A DNA stretch of 64,000 bases from contig OX638294.1 in assembly GCA_951812325.1 (NCBI GenBank), positions 1,278,859 to 1,342,858 on the forward strand, read 5' to 3'. Each line of letters opens with the position of its first letter. Positions within the stretch are counted from its first letter, which is position 1. Origin of the DNA: an uncultured Thermoanaerobaculia bacterium. GTDB taxonomy: Bacteria > Acidobacteriota > Thermoanaerobaculia > Multivoradales > Multivoraceae. The notes below the pieces were generated by a model. That model made no database searches. It was given only the letters and a program-made list of their open reading frames with translations, and was not told the DNA's origin. Both the position numbers and the translations under genes were made by a program. Below, one piece after another: positions 7,845-17,823 of the stretch.

Positions 7845-10800
7845 TCACTCCCTGACCGGCCTGACCACGAACAGGAGATCTCCCTGGTTCACCACCTGGC
7901 CGTTCACCGCGTTGACCCGCATCACCTCGTACCGGGCGCCGCGGGCAAACAGATCGCCGCCGGCATCGATCGACGCCAGGGACACCGGACGGAAGAGCTT
8001 CATCGCCTCGATCAGGCACAGCGTCTTCTCCGTCCCCAGAATGTCCCCGACGCGGACGAAGGGCGGATCGTTCGGCGACGACGCGGCATAGAAGAGCCCG
8101 CCGGACGGCGCCCCGACCTTCAACTCGTCACTGCCCTCGATCTCGACCTCGGCGCGGTCCATCGTCGCGGCCACGCCGGCGGAACGTTCGACTTCGCGCA
8201 CCAGTTCGTCGGCTCGAGTGCGGGACAGGAAGCCCGGCAGGTACCGCGTGTCGTACTCCCCGGTGCGGAACTGCTCGTCGTCGAGCACGCGCCGTAGCAA
8301 CGGGAGGTTCGTGCATACGCCCTCGACGGTGACCTCTTCCAGGTAGGAGCGCAGGCGATCGATCGTGTCCGCGCGGTCCCTGCCGTGACAGACGACCTGC
8401 GCCACCAGACTGTCGTAGTACGGCGAGACCACCGTTCCCGTGTCGATCGCTGCCAGGACGTCGATGTCGGAGCGTCGCGGGAACTCGCAGCGGCTCACCG
8501 TCCCCGGCGACGGCAGCAGATCGAGCCCGCCCGGCGTGACGACGACGCGCTCGGCATTGATCCGGACCTCCATCGCATAGCCGTCCTCGGCATCCGGAGC
8601 TTCGGCGATCCGCGCCCCGCCGGCAATCTCGAACTGCGCCTTGACGATGTCCGTTCCACTGACCAGCTCGGTCACCGGGTGCTCGACCTGAAGCCGCGTG
8701 TTCATCTCCATGAAGTAGAGCTTCCGGTCCTCGAGGTCGAAGATGAACTCCACGGTGCCCGCCCCGACATAGCCGATCTCCGCGGCGATCGCCGCGGCAT
8801 GGCGGAAGCTCTGGTCGCGCAGCGCCTCCGGCAACGCCGTCGATCCCGACTCCTCGATCAGCTTCTGGTTGTTCCGCTGCACGCTGCAGTCGCGCAGGCC
8901 CAGCACGCGCACCGTACCGTGCTGGTCGCAGAGCACCTGCACCTCGACATGGCGCAGCGACACGATGCACTTCTCGAGATAGCAATCCGCATTGCCGAAG
9001 GCGCTCTCCGCCTCGATCCGGATGCGGGCGAAGGCCTCCCGAAAGTCCTCCGCCCGGTCGACGCGGCGAATACCCTTGCCTCCGCCCCCGTGAACCGCCT
9101 TGAGCATCACCGGGAAGCCGATCGACTCGGCCACCTCGAGCGCCGTATCGGCGTCGGTCAGGATCCCCTCGCTGCCGGGAACAACCGGTACACCGACCTG
9201 CACGGCGGTCTGGATCGCGTTCGACTTGTTGCCCATCCGCCGCATCGCCTCGCCGGTCGGGCCGATGAAGTTCAGACCGTGGCCCCGGCACAGATCCGCG
9301 AAGGAAGCGCTCTCGGACAGGAAGCCGATCCCCGGATGCAGCGCGTCGACCGCTTCTCGCTCCGCGACACGGATTACCGAGTGGCCGTTCAGGTAGCTCT
9401 CGTCGGGTGTGCTGCCGCCGATGCAGACCAGGCTGTCGCGTTCCCGCAGCATCGCCGCCGCCGGCGACTCGACATCCGGGTCCGACTGGACCAGAACCAC
9501 TTCGATGCCGGACCGCTGAGCGACGCGAACCAGCTTGACCGCGGTGCAACCCCGGGCGTGGATCAAGGCACGGCGCACCGGACGCGGCGCCACAGCCGGC
9601 GCCGGCTGGACGACCTCCGTCTCGCGGCGACGCCGGCGCCCGGACAGGAACTCGACCCGCCGCTCCTCCTCCAGCAGGCGCCGGAGAATGTCCTCGACCG
9701 TCTCCTCCGGCACCGGGATCTGCGAATCGACCTGCCGCAACTGATCGTCCAGTTCCTCGCCGAAGGGATGCTGCACGAGGCCGTGCATCGAGCCCTCGAT
9801 CTCGCTCAGGTAGTTCGAGAGAGTCGAAGCCATCGGCAGATGGGAGGGAACGACGATCTGCCCGGCGAAAGGCATGTTCGTGCCCGAGAAGTAGTAGGTC
9901 TGGACCAGGGGATGGGTGACCAGACTTGCCTGGGCGCCGCCGGTGCAGTCGCCGTAGCCGAAGCAGATCACCGGCAGGTCGTTGTCCCGAACGAAGCGCG
10001 TGATCCGATCATTGACGATCGGCATCGAGAACAGGGCGCCGGCGCCTTCCTTGGTGAGCATGCCGCCCGAGGAAATGAAACAGACGACAGGCAGACGCTC
10101 CTCCGCGGAGCGGAGCAGGAGCTTGCAGAACTTCTCCGCGCTCGCCATGTCGAACGAACCGGCCTGGAACGCGAGGTTGGAAACCAGGACGCCGACCCGG
10201 TTCCCCGCGGCGCCGCCGTCTTCTCCGTCGGCCAGGGCGCCGGTCCGGATCCGGGCCAGAGCCGCCACCGTCCCGCAGGGAGTGACTCCCTGAGCGAGCG
10301 CCCGCTCGATCGACACCCGTAGTCCCGGGAAGCTCACCGGATCGGCCGTCATCCGGTCCGCTTCGAGCTCCTGCACGTCGTGGAAGAACCGATCCAGGAT
10401 CGCCTGAGGCCGGCGCGGCGTGTTCCGCTTCTGCTCGGCCAGTACGTCCTCGAGCAACAGGTCGCGGTAGGCCGCGTCGAGACGGTTCCAGAAGTCCTTG
10501 ATGCCGATGTTGCGCGGCGAGATGCGGCCGTCGTAGCTGCGGATTCCCTGCTCGTCCTCGTAGAAGTTCGGCAGCAGGCGTTCGAACAGGAAGGTCACCA
10601 GGCCGAAGAGCGGCTCCGAGATTCGAGGCATCTGGAGCCGCTTCCACTCGGCCACCGCCTTGAGCTGACGGCCGCGCCGCGGGTGCCGGGCAAAGTGTCT
10701 CAACCAGTAGCGGAACTGCCTGCGCAGACGCGCCTCGGCCTCCTCCGCCGCTTCACCCTCGAGGCCCGCCGTCAGCTCCCCCATCGCCGCGTCCAGCGAG

Positions 10801-12503
10801 TGACGCAGGAGGAGGCGGACCGACTCGCGCGCAATCACGTTCTCTTCGCGCGCCTCGCTGGCAATCTCGCGCAGGTGCAGGAAGATGTGGTCGTAGAGCC
10901 GGTCGAAGCAGATGAAGTTCTCGGACTCGCGCCGGAACAGCCGCAGAAGCTGCGGCTCGAGGATCACGTCGAGCACAGTGAGGTCGGCGGCCTGGGAAAC
11001 CGGCCCCGGTCCGGAGGCCGCGCGCCCTCCTTCGAGCCCCTCCTCCTCGACCGTCCGAATGACCGTCAGCAGTCGCCCGAAGTTGTCCTCCGCCCCGTCC
11101 TTCCACTGGTTGTACAGATGGAATCCGTACTCCAGCAGCAGTTCGTCCCGGGCGCGGTTGAAGCTGTACTCGCGGCTGCCGAGCAGGAGGGAGGCGAGCC
11201 TGCCCCGTGCTTCGTGCAGCGAGTCCCGCGCGGCCGCGTACCGCTTGTAGGTCCGGCTCAGGACGCCGTCGTAGCGAACCGCCAGTGGATTGTCGAACCA
11301 GCGTTCGAACGAGACCCGGCGCTGCCGCTCCCGGCGCGCCCGGGCCGCTCCGGCCGGCACTTCAGCCGCGGCCAGCCGGCCGTAGCCCGACACCGTCTTC
11401 GAGCTCAGGCGGCGGCGCAGTCCCAGGTAGCGCAGGTAACGGAAGGCGACGCCGAACACGTTCGCCTGCTCGGCCGGGCTGTGCAGGCGCGACAGAGGGG
11501 CGAACTCCTCGAGCAGGGACAGACTGCGGGAGGGGTCGACGTACCGCCGGGTGTTGCGGCGGTAGTGCTCGAACACCGCCGGTTCGTCACGCACGAACAC
11601 CTTCGCCCGCTGCTCGACCAGCGCGATCGACGACGTGACCGCAGCCTCGAAGCAGGCCAACCGGTCGCCGCCCTCGCCGGGAACGAAGTCGATCACGCCG
11701 TCGAGATAGCCCTGCTCGTAGAGCTCGTACGCCGACACGCCGACCGCTTTCGCGCACTCCTGCCAGGAAAGGTCGTAACGGCGGACAATATTCGCCAGGC
11801 CGCGGGGCTGGATCGTGTTGAAGACGCCGTCCCGCACCGACAGCAGCACGTTCGTCGTCGCCAGCGGGATGGCGCCGCCCGAGTAGCCGTTGCCGAGCAC
11901 GACGCCGACGGTCGGCGCGTGAAGCTGCGCCATCTCGGCGATCAACCGCGAAATCGCGTGGGCCTGGTTGCCGCGGTTCGCCATCTCGCCCGCGTCCGCT
12001 CCCGGTGTGTCCATCAGGGCAACGATCGGCAGGTTCCGCGCCGCCCAGGAGCGGATCACGTCCACCGCCAGACCGTGGTGCTCCGGCGTCCACACGCCGT
12101 TCTGCACCGAGCGTTCCTGCGCCAGCACGCCGAACCGCCGTGTGTGACCGTCGATCCCGGCCTCGAACACGGCTGCGTAGAGCGGCCCATGGTGACGCTC
12201 TTCGACCAGATCCCAGCTCGTCGCGGCCAGGACTGCACGGGTACCGACACGGCTCGGGTCCTCGGCCGGGGCCACCGTTCGGCGAACGTACTCGTCGACC
12301 TCCAGTCCGGCGAGTCGCTTGAGTGTCTGGCGAATGCGCCGCTTGGAGATCAGACCGCCGATCCGCCCGCTGCCGGCGGCGACATGCGGATCGCGGGACT
12401 CCGGAAACAGCGAGAAGGCCCGCGCCCGCTGCTCCGCGTCGCGGAACAGGGGGTCGACCGCTCCCCGCGAAGGTTCCGCCTGACTCTTGAGCAGAATCGT
12501 CAT
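7845..12503 (-). CDS. Single-polypeptide biotin-dependent (acyl-/acetyl-CoA) carboxylase, 1552 aa. Domain order: CT-alpha-like (AccA), long helical linker, CT-beta-like (AccD), biotin carboxylase (AccC), biotin carboxyl carrier domain (AccB)
   Basis: AccA-like LMDTPGADAG...GNGYSGGAIP. AccD-like LPVVCFISSGGMLTKEG...CFGYGDCTGGAQAS. BC motifs MLKAVHGGGGKGIRRV and EMNTRLQVEHPVTE. C-terminal biotinyl motif EAMKLF. Confidence 0.9.
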   Translation of the reverse strand: MTILLKSQAEPSRGAVDPLFRDAEQRARAFSLFPESRDPHVAAGSGRIGGLISKRRIRQTLKRLAGLEVDEYVRRTVAPAEDPSRVGTRAVLAATSWDLVEERHHGPLYAAVFEAGIDGHTRRFGVLAQERSVQNGVWTPEHHGLAVDVIRSWAARNLPIVALMDTPGADAGEMANRGNQAHAISRLIAEMAQLHAPTVGVVLGNGYSGGAIPLATTNVLLSVRDGVFNTIQPRGLANIVRRYDLSWQECAKAVGVSAYELYEQGYLDGVIDFVPGEGGDRLACFEAAVTSSIALVEQRAKVFVRDEPAVFEHYRRNTRRYVDPSRSLSLLEEFAPLSRLHSPAEQANVFGVAFRYLRYLGLRRRLSSKTVSGYGRLAAAEVPAGAARARRERQRRVSFERWFDNPLAVRYDGVLSRTYKRYAAARDSLHEARGRLASLLLGSREYSFNRARDELLLEYGFHLYNQWKDGAEDNFGRLLTVIRTVEEEGLEGGRAASGPGPVSQAADLTVLDVILEPQLLRLFRRESENFICFDRLYDHIFLHLREIASEAREENVIARESVRLLLRHSLDAAMGELTAGLEGEAAEEAEARLRRQFRYWLRHFARHPRRGRQLKAVAEWKRLQMPRISEPLFGLVTFLFERLLPNFYEDEQGIRSYDGRISPRNIGIKDFWNRLDAAYRDLLLEDVLAEQKRNTPRRPQAILDRFFHDVQELEADRMTADPVSFPGLRVSIERALAQGVTPCGTVAALARIRTGALADGEDGGAAGNRVGVLVSNLAFQAGSFDMASAEKFCKLLLRSAEERLPVVCFISSGGMLTKEGAGALFSMPIVNDRITRFVRDNDLPVICFGYGDCTGGAQASLVTHPLVQTYYFSGTNMPFAGQIVVPSHLPMASTLSNYLSEIEGSMHGLVQHPFGEELDDQLRQVDSQIPVPEETVEDILRRLLEEERRVEFLSGRRRRRETEVVQPAPAVAPRPVRRALIHARGCTAVKLVRVAQRSGIEVVLVQSDPDVESPAAAMLRERDSLVCIGGSTPDESYLNGHSVIRVAEREAVDALHPGIGFLSESASFADLCRGHGLNFIGPTGEAMRRMGNKSNAIQTAVQVGVPVVPGSEGILTDADTALEVAESIGFPVMLKAVHGGGGKGIRRVDRAEDFREAFARIRIEAESAFGNADCYLEKCIVSLRHVEVQVLCDQHGTVRVLGLRDCSVQRNNQKLIEESGSTALPEALRDQSFRHAAAIAAEIGYVGAGTVEFIFDLEDRKLYFMEMNTRLQVEHPVTELVSGTDIVKAQFEIAGGARIAEAPDAEDGYAMEVRINAERVVVTPGGLDLLPSPGTVSRCEFPRRSDIDVLAAIDTGTVVSPYYDSLVAQVVCHGRDRADTIDRLRSYLEEVTVEGVCTNLPLLRRVLDDEQFRTGEYDTRYLPGFLSRTRADELVREVERSAGVAATMDRAEVEIEGSDELKVGAPSGGLFYAASSPNDPPFVRVGDILGTEKTLCLIEAMKLFRPVSLASIDAGGDLFARGARYEVMRVNAVNGQVVNQGDLLFVVRPVRE

Positions 12504-12759
12504 AAACCGCTTACTCTACTCGCTTTCCGGTCGCTCTTCCGCTCGGGTCGGGCCGATTTCCGCCAGCGTCGCCGGGCTCGGCGCCCTGTAGCGGTAGCGG
12601 TTCGCGAGCAGTTCGCGCTGGAGGTCGGCGTCGAGCCCGGCATCCCGCGGAAACGACTCGGCGATCGTCCTCGCCCCACCGGCGGCTGCCGGCGCGAATG
12701 CGAAGCGTACGTCCATCCCGGCCTCCCCTCTGTCGATTCCGCCCGCGACTGCCTACACT

Positions 12760-13698
12760 ATGCCTCCGAAGGCCCCCGAAGGCCCCCAAGGCCCGCCGGG
12801 ACATGAACGTCCTGCCAACCATCGAGTATCTCCTGTATCTCCTGACTGCATTGTGGACTTTCTTCCAGGCATCGTCGGTTCCTTCGCCGACCCGGCGGCC
12901 GAGAACCCGACGGTGGAGATGGTCGAGGCGGCATTCCGCCATCACGGCCTGCACTGGCGCTACCTGAACTGCGAAGTGCCGCCCGATCTGCTGGCCGACG
13001 CGGTCGCTGGCGCCCGCGCGATGGGCTGGGCAGGCTTCAACTGCTCGCTCCCGCACAAGGTCGCCGTGATCGAGCACCTCGACGGCCTCGGCGAGTCGGC
13101 CCGCCTGATCGGGGCGGTGAACTGCGTCGTCCGTGACGACGAAAGCCGCTTCATCGGCCAGAACACGGACGGCAAGGGCTTCCTCCGCTCCCTCGAGGAG
13201 ATCACGCCAGCGGCCGGAAAGCGGGCGTTGATCTTCGGCGCCGGCGGCGCCGCGCGGGCGATCGCGGTGGAACTCGCCCTGGCTGGGGCCAGCTCGATCA
13301 CTGTCGTCAATCGGACGAGCGAACGCGGCGAGGAACTCGCGGCCCACATCGGCAGCCACACCGCGACCCGCGCCCGGTTCGAACCCTGGCGCGGCGTCTA
13401 CCGGATCGCCGCGGCGGTCGACATCCTGATCAACGCGACCTCGATCGGTCTGTTCCCGCATGTCGACGAGGAACTGCCGTTCGACCCAGGCACGCTCCTG
13501 CCCGCGATGGTGGTCGCCGACGTGATTCCGAATCCCCCGAAGACGCGCCTGCTCCAGGCGGCGGCGAAGCGCGGCTGCACGGTGCTCGACGGCCTCGGCA
13601 TGCTGGTCAACCAGGGAGTCGACGGGATCCGCTACTGGACGGGAGTCGACGTCGACCCTCGGGTCATGCGAGCCCGCCTGGAGGCGATCTTCGGCTGA
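12760..13698 (+). CDS. aroE: Shikimate/quinate dehydrogenase family protein (AroE-like); start uncertain (ATG 12760 or GTG ~12853)
   Basis: NTDGKGF...ALIFGAGGAARAIAVELALAGASSITVVNRTSERGEEL (NADP-binding GAGGA Rossmann) and the substrate-domain N/D motifs of the AroE family. Confidence 0.75.
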   Translation: MPPKAPEGPQGPPGHERPANHRVSPVSPDCIVDFLPGIVGSFADPAAENPTVEMVEAAFRHHGLHWRYLNCEVPPDLLADAVAGARAMGWAGFNCSLPHKVAVIEHLDGLGESARLIGAVNCVVRDDESRFIGQNTDGKGFLRSLEEITPAAGKRALIFGAGGAARAIAVELALAGASSITVVNRTSERGEELAAHIGSHTATRARFEPWRGVYRIAAAVDILINATSIGLFPHVDEELPFDPGTLLPAMVVADVIPNPPKTRLLQAAAKRGCTVLDGLGMLVNQGVDGIRYWTGVDVDPRVMRARLEAIFG

Positions 13699-15029
13699 AG
13701 CCGGTCGAGCAGCACGGCGGCCAAAATCAGGGCCCCGAACACGACCTTCTGCTCGTAGGACGCGACCCCCGCGATGTTCAGGCCGTTCTGGATGACGGCG
13801 ATGATCATCGCGCCGATCAGGGTGCCCGAGATGCGGCCTCGACCGCCCGCCAGACTCGCTCCGCCGACCACGACGGCCGCGATCACCTGGAGTTCGTAGA
13901 GCTCGCCCGCGTTGGGCCGGCCGCCTTCGAACCGGGAAGCGTCGACGATGCCTGCCAGCCCGGCGAACGCTCCGCACAGACAGTAGACGGCGAGCAGGAC
14001 CGCGGTCACTGGCACACCCGACAGCCGCGCCGCTTCCGGGTTGCCGCCCACGGCGTAGACGTAGCGCCCGAACATGGTCCGCGTCATCAGCAGGTGAGCG
14101 GCCACGAAGAGGAAGAGCATCAGCAGGATCGGATTCGGCACGCCCAACGCGGAACCGTTGCCAAGCCAGGCGAAGGCGGGCGCTCCAACGCGCACCGCCT
14201 CGGGCGTGCCCTCGGCGCCGCCGCCCACGAGGCGTCGCTGGTGACCGACAGCGAGAATCAGGGCCAGGCCGCGCGCCAGCATCATCAGACCCAGAGTGGC
14301 GACGAAGGGCGGCACCCGGAAGGCGGCGACCATCGTCCCGCTCAGCAGACCGCCCAGGGCAGCGGCCGCCACGCCAAGAAGCATCGCCGCCAGCAGGCCG
14401 GCCGGCGAGGCCGCGGCGCCGCCGAACCACTCCTGCGCCGTCACCGCGGCGATCACGCCGGCCAGCGCCAGCAGGCTGCCGACCGAGAGGTCGATGCCCG
14501 CGGTCAGGATCACCAGGGTCATGCCGAGCGCGATGATCGCGATGTCCGCGTTCTGGTTCACCACGTTGAGCAGGTTGCGCGGGGTCAGGAAGGTTGGCCA
14601 GGAGTAGCTCCCCGGCGCCACGACCGGCGCTCCGGCCGACCGCACCGGGCCCCACTCCGACGCGATCCGGTGGGTGGCGATCGCGTCGACCGAACCGCCG
14701 GCGCGGGCAATCCGCTCGAACTCCAGCCGCACATCCCGCGGCTGGCCAAACACCCGGCCGGCGATCGGGGCGCCGGCGGCCGCGAGGCCACGCTCGATCG
14801 CCGCCGCGAACGCCCGGTCGACCGCCGTGTCCCGCACGACGACGAGCACCTCGCACGGGACGGGGCACACCTCCAGTACCTGGCGGGCGACCGCGGCGCC
14901 GGCGCGCTTCGTGATCGGATTCTGTTCACGCCAGGTCGCCGCGCTCGATATCAGGCAGAGGAGAAGCAGCACGACGACCGAGAGTCGGCGGCCCGCCAGG
15001 TCGACCAGACCCGACAACAGGCGACGCAT
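13632..15029 (-). CDS. Sugar ABC transporter permease (RbsC/AraH family) with an N-terminal ~190-aa extension; likely start MRRLLSG at 15027-15029, not the track start at 15185
   Basis: NLLNVVNQNADIAIIALGMTLVILTAGIDLSVGS... ten-TM branched/ribose-type permease core. Last gene of the SBP-ATPase-permease operon. Confidence 0.8.
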   Translation of the reverse strand: MRRLLSGLVDLAGRRLSVVVLLLLCLISSAATWREQNPITKRAGAAVARQVLEVCPVPCEVLVVVRDTAVDRAFAAAIERGLAAAGAPIAGRVFGQPRDVRLEFERIARAGGSVDAIATHRIASEWGPVRSAGAPVVAPGSYSWPTFLTPRNLLNVVNQNADIAIIALGMTLVILTAGIDLSVGSLLALAGVIAAVTAQEWFGGAAASPAGLLAAMLLGVAAAALGGLLSGTMVAAFRVPPFVATLGLMMLARGLALILAVGHQRRLVGGGAEGTPEAVRVGAPAFAWLGNGSALGVPNPILLMLFLFVAAHLLMTRTMFGRYVYAVGGNPEAARLSGVPVTAVLLAVYCLCGAFAGLAGIVDASRFEGGRPNAGELYELQVIAAVVVGGASLAGGRGRISGTLIGAMIIAVIQNGLNIAGVASYEQKVVFGALILAAVLLDRLQPKIASRRARMTRGSTSTPVQ

Positions 15030-15054
15030 CCGGCCACGGACCGGCTGGGCCGTC

Positions 15055-15108
15055 TCCTCAGGCAACGGAGGCTCCTCAGGCAACGGAGGCTCCTCAGGCA
15101 ACGGAGGG
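15055..15108. repeat. 3 x 18-bp tandem repeat CTCCTCAGGCAACGGAGG in the ATPase-permease intergenic spacer
   Basis: Three perfect consecutive 18-mers read directly. They overlap the last 13 nt of the ATPase gene and the leader of the permease gene. Confidence 0.85.
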
Positions 15109-16632
15109 CTCCTCCGACGGACCGACACCCGCCGCGATCCGCAGAACGCCGGCCGGATCGGCGCCCGCCGGGTCCGCGATCTCACCCCGGATCCGCCCCT
15201 CGTGCATGACCAGGACGCGGTCGCTCATGCCCAGAACCTCCTCCAGCTCCGAGCTGATCAGCAGCACGGCCTTGCCTTTCGACGCCATGCGGCGGATCCA
15301 CTCGTGGATCTCGTACCGGGCCCCGACATCGATTCCCCTGGTCGGTTCGTCGCAGAGCACGACCTTCGCGCCGCGTTCGAGCCACTTGGCGATCACGACC
15401 TTCTGCTGATTGCCGCCCGACAGGGTGGCCACCCGCTGGCCGGATCGAGCGAGCCGGATGTCGAGCTGCCCCCGCCATCGGTCGAAGGCGCGCCCCTCGC
15501 GACGGCGATCGACCATGCCTCGAAAGCGACGGAAGCGATCCAGATTGGGAAGCGCGAAGTTGGCCCGCGCACTTTCCGTCAACACCAGGCCGTGGCCTCT
15601 GCGATCCTCCGGCAGCAAGCAGATACCGGCGGCGATCGCCTGGCGCGGCGACCGCGGGTCGAGCCGCCTGCCGTCGAGCCAGACCTCGCCGCGGTCGCGC
15701 GCTGCGGCGCCGAAGACCAGGCGCGCGACCTCGCTGCGGCCGGCGCCCACCAGGCCCGCGAGCCCCAGGACTTCGCCGCGGCGGATGCTGAAGGACACGT
15801 CGCGGACACGGTGTCCCGCCGACAGCCCCTTGATCTCGAGCCGGGGTTCCCCGAGCTCCTCGTGGAGACGAGGCGGAAACTCCGCGCTCAGGCGCCGGCC
15901 CACCATCGCCTCGATCAGCGCATCGCGATCGAGCGGCGCGAGGCCGCCGCCGCCCGCGGCCGGGAGGCGCCGGTCGATGCTGTGCACGAGTTCGCCGTCG
16001 CGCAGCACGGCGACCCGGTCGGCGACCGCCTCGATCTCCTCCAGTCGGTGGCTGACGTAAATCGCGGCCGCTCCGCGACCCGCGAGTTCGCGCACCTGGC
16101 GCAGCAGAGCGCGCGCCTCGCGCGGAGACAGCGCCGCAGTCGGCTCGTCCAGGATCAGCAGCCGGGGTCCCAGCGCCAGCGCCTTCGCGATCTCCACCGC
16201 CTGGCGCGCGCCGAGCGACAGCCCAAAGCAGGAGGCGCCCGGGTCGATGTCGATCTCCAGCAATCCGAGCAGCCGGCGCGCCTCGCGCTCTTCCCGGCGC
16301 CGGCGGACCAGGCCTCGCCGGGACCAGCCGGCGCCGAGAAAGAGATTCTCGCGGACACTCAACTGCGGGATCAGACTGAGTTCCTGGTGGATCACCGCGA
16401 TCCCCCGCCGGCGCGCCTCCGCCGGCGAATCGAACGCCGCGGGTTCGCCATCAAGCTCGATCCAACCGCCGTCCGGACGTTCGGCGCCCGAGACGACCCG
16501 GATCAGGGTGCTCTTGCCGGCGCCGTTCTCTCCGACCAGGCCCAGCACCTCGCCGGCGCCCACGGCAAGGCTGACGCCGCGAAGGGCGTCCACGCCCGGA
16601 TAGCTCTTCGAGGTCCGGTGAAGTTCGAGCAA
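15094..16632 (-). CDS. Sugar ABC transporter ATP-binding protein with two nucleotide-binding domains (RbsA/MglA type)
   Basis: GENGAGKSTL and second Walker A GLVGAGRSE, LSGGNQQKV signature, two Walker B DEPT motifs. Confidence 0.9.
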   Translation of the reverse strand: MLELHRTSKSYPGVDALRGVSLAVGAGEVLGLVGENGAGKSTLIRVVSGAERPDGGWIELDGEPAAFDSPAEARRRGIAVIHQELSLIPQLSVRENLFLGAGWSRRGLVRRRREEREARRLLGLLEIDIDPGASCFGLSLGARQAVEIAKALALGPRLLILDEPTAALSPREARALLRQVRELAGRGAAAIYVSHRLEEIEAVADRVAVLRDGELVHSIDRRLPAAGGGGLAPLDRDALIEAMVGRRLSAEFPPRLHEELGEPRLEIKGLSAGHRVRDVSFSIRRGEVLGLAGLVGAGRSEVARLVFGAAARDRGEVWLDGRRLDPRSPRQAIAAGICLLPEDRRGHGLVLTESARANFALPNLDRFRRFRGMVDRRREGRAFDRWRGQLDIRLARSGQRVATLSGGNQQKVVIAKWLERGAKVVLCDEPTRGIDVGARYEIHEWIRRMASKGKAVLLISSELEEVLGMSDRVLVMHEGRIRGEIADPAGADPAGVLRIAAGVGPSEEPSVA

Positions 16633-16640
16633 CTGGCTGC

Positions 16641-17633
16641 TTACGGGCCCTGGTCGAGCGTCGGGTCCCGCTCCGCGTCCGCCTGCCGGTAGAGCCGGGT
16701 GGGGATCAGGTGGACGCGCTCGAAGTCCTCGCCGTCGAGATAGCTCACGATGTTCTGCACCGTCATGAGCCCCATTTGATCCGGATACTGGATCGGATCG
16801 GCGTAGATCTTCCCCTCCCGGATCGCCTGCCTGCCCGCCAACTCGCCGTCGAAACCCACGATCCTCACCTGGTCCGCCCGTCCCGCCTGCTCGAGCGCGG
16901 TCCGGGCCCCAAGCGCGGAGGGGTCGTTGATCGCGAACACGCCGGCGAGGTCCGGGTGGGCCTGGATGCCGTCCGCCATCGCCCGGTACCCCTCGTCACG
17001 AAGGCCGCCGCCCTCGAGTTCGGCGACGATCTCGATCCGGCCGTCCGAGCGGTCGCTGTTGTACTCCTCGATCGCCCGGCGGAAGCCGTCCACGCGCAGC
17101 ACGCAGGAGTTTGCCTGCTTGAAGTGCAGGATCAGGACTTCGCCGCCCGCCTCGCCGAGCGCTTCGATCATCGCCTCGCCCGCGAGCAGACCGCCCTGGT
17201 AGTTGTCCGTGCCGACGTGACCCGCGATCTCGACGCCCTCGGCGACGGCCTGCAGGTCGGACGTGAACACCGGCACACCCGCTTCGTTGGCCCTCCGCAC
17301 CGCCGGACCGATCGCGATCCGGTCGACGGGATTGAGCACGATCGCGGCCACGCCGGAGGCCAGGAAGTTGTCGACCTGCTGCGACTGGAGATTCACGTCC
17401 CGATCGGCATCGGACACGACGACCTCGAAGCCGTGGCGTTCGGCCTCCTCGGTCATCGTGTCCGCGATGATCTTGAAGAACGGGTTCGTCAGCGTCATCG
17501 CCGAAAAGCCGATCGTGCCGCGAGCGGCGACGCCGTCGCGCCCTTCGACCGCGCCCGTTTCCGCGCCGCCCCCGCACCCGCCGAGCACAAAGAAGAGCGC
17601 CACCGCCGCGACCCCGGTCAGCGCACGCTTCAC
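16641..17633 (-). CDS. Sugar ABC transporter periplasmic substrate-binding lipoprotein (RbsB-like); GTG start at 17631-17633
   Basis: (V)KRALTGVAAVALFFVLGGCGG lipobox. PBP type-I fold motifs (AIVLNPVD..., VGFDG...). GGAGAGGGGA SD before GTG. Confidence 0.85.
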   Translation of the reverse strand: MKRALTGVAAVALFFVLGGCGGGAETGAVEGRDGVAARGTIGFSAMTLTNPFFKIIADTMTEEAERHGFEVVVSDADRDVNLQSQQVDNFLASGVAAIVLNPVDRIAIGPAVRRANEAGVPVFTSDLQAVAEGVEIAGHVGTDNYQGGLLAGEAMIEALGEAGGEVLILHFKQANSCVLRVDGFRRAIEEYNSDRSDGRIEIVAELEGGGLRDEGYRAMADGIQAHPDLAGVFAINDPSALGARTALEQAGRADQVRIVGFDGELAGRQAIREGKIYADPIQYPDQMGLMTVQNIVSYLDGEDFERVHLIPTRLYRQADAERDPTLDQGP

Positions 17634-17823
17634 GATCCCCTCTCCATCATTCCGACCTCCCCGCATCTGACGGCAACTGGTGAACGACAGATTGTGACAC
17701 GCGTCCCCGGCCGAATCGGCCCGGGTCGGGCCGATCCCGTCGTTGCCATTGACTTACGCCCTGTTCCCGCTTAGAGTCAGGAAGACGAGCGCGAGCCCCG
17801 ATGCCGGGGGGAGCGGAGACGCG

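Noticed and set aside
8128-12806. Several 470-810-aa ORFs (8128..9549 -, 8385..10322 +, 10380..12806 +) overlapping the carboxylase gene
   Set aside because: All are alternative or antisense frames of the 7845..12503 gene, with no domain signatures and biased R/G/P/A composition.
12511-14868. 785-aa minus-strand ORF spanning aroE and the ABC permease
   Set aside because: Antisense to aroE and out of frame with the permease; composition is Arg/Gly/Pro-rich junk. The real genes are aroE (+) and the permease (-, other frame).
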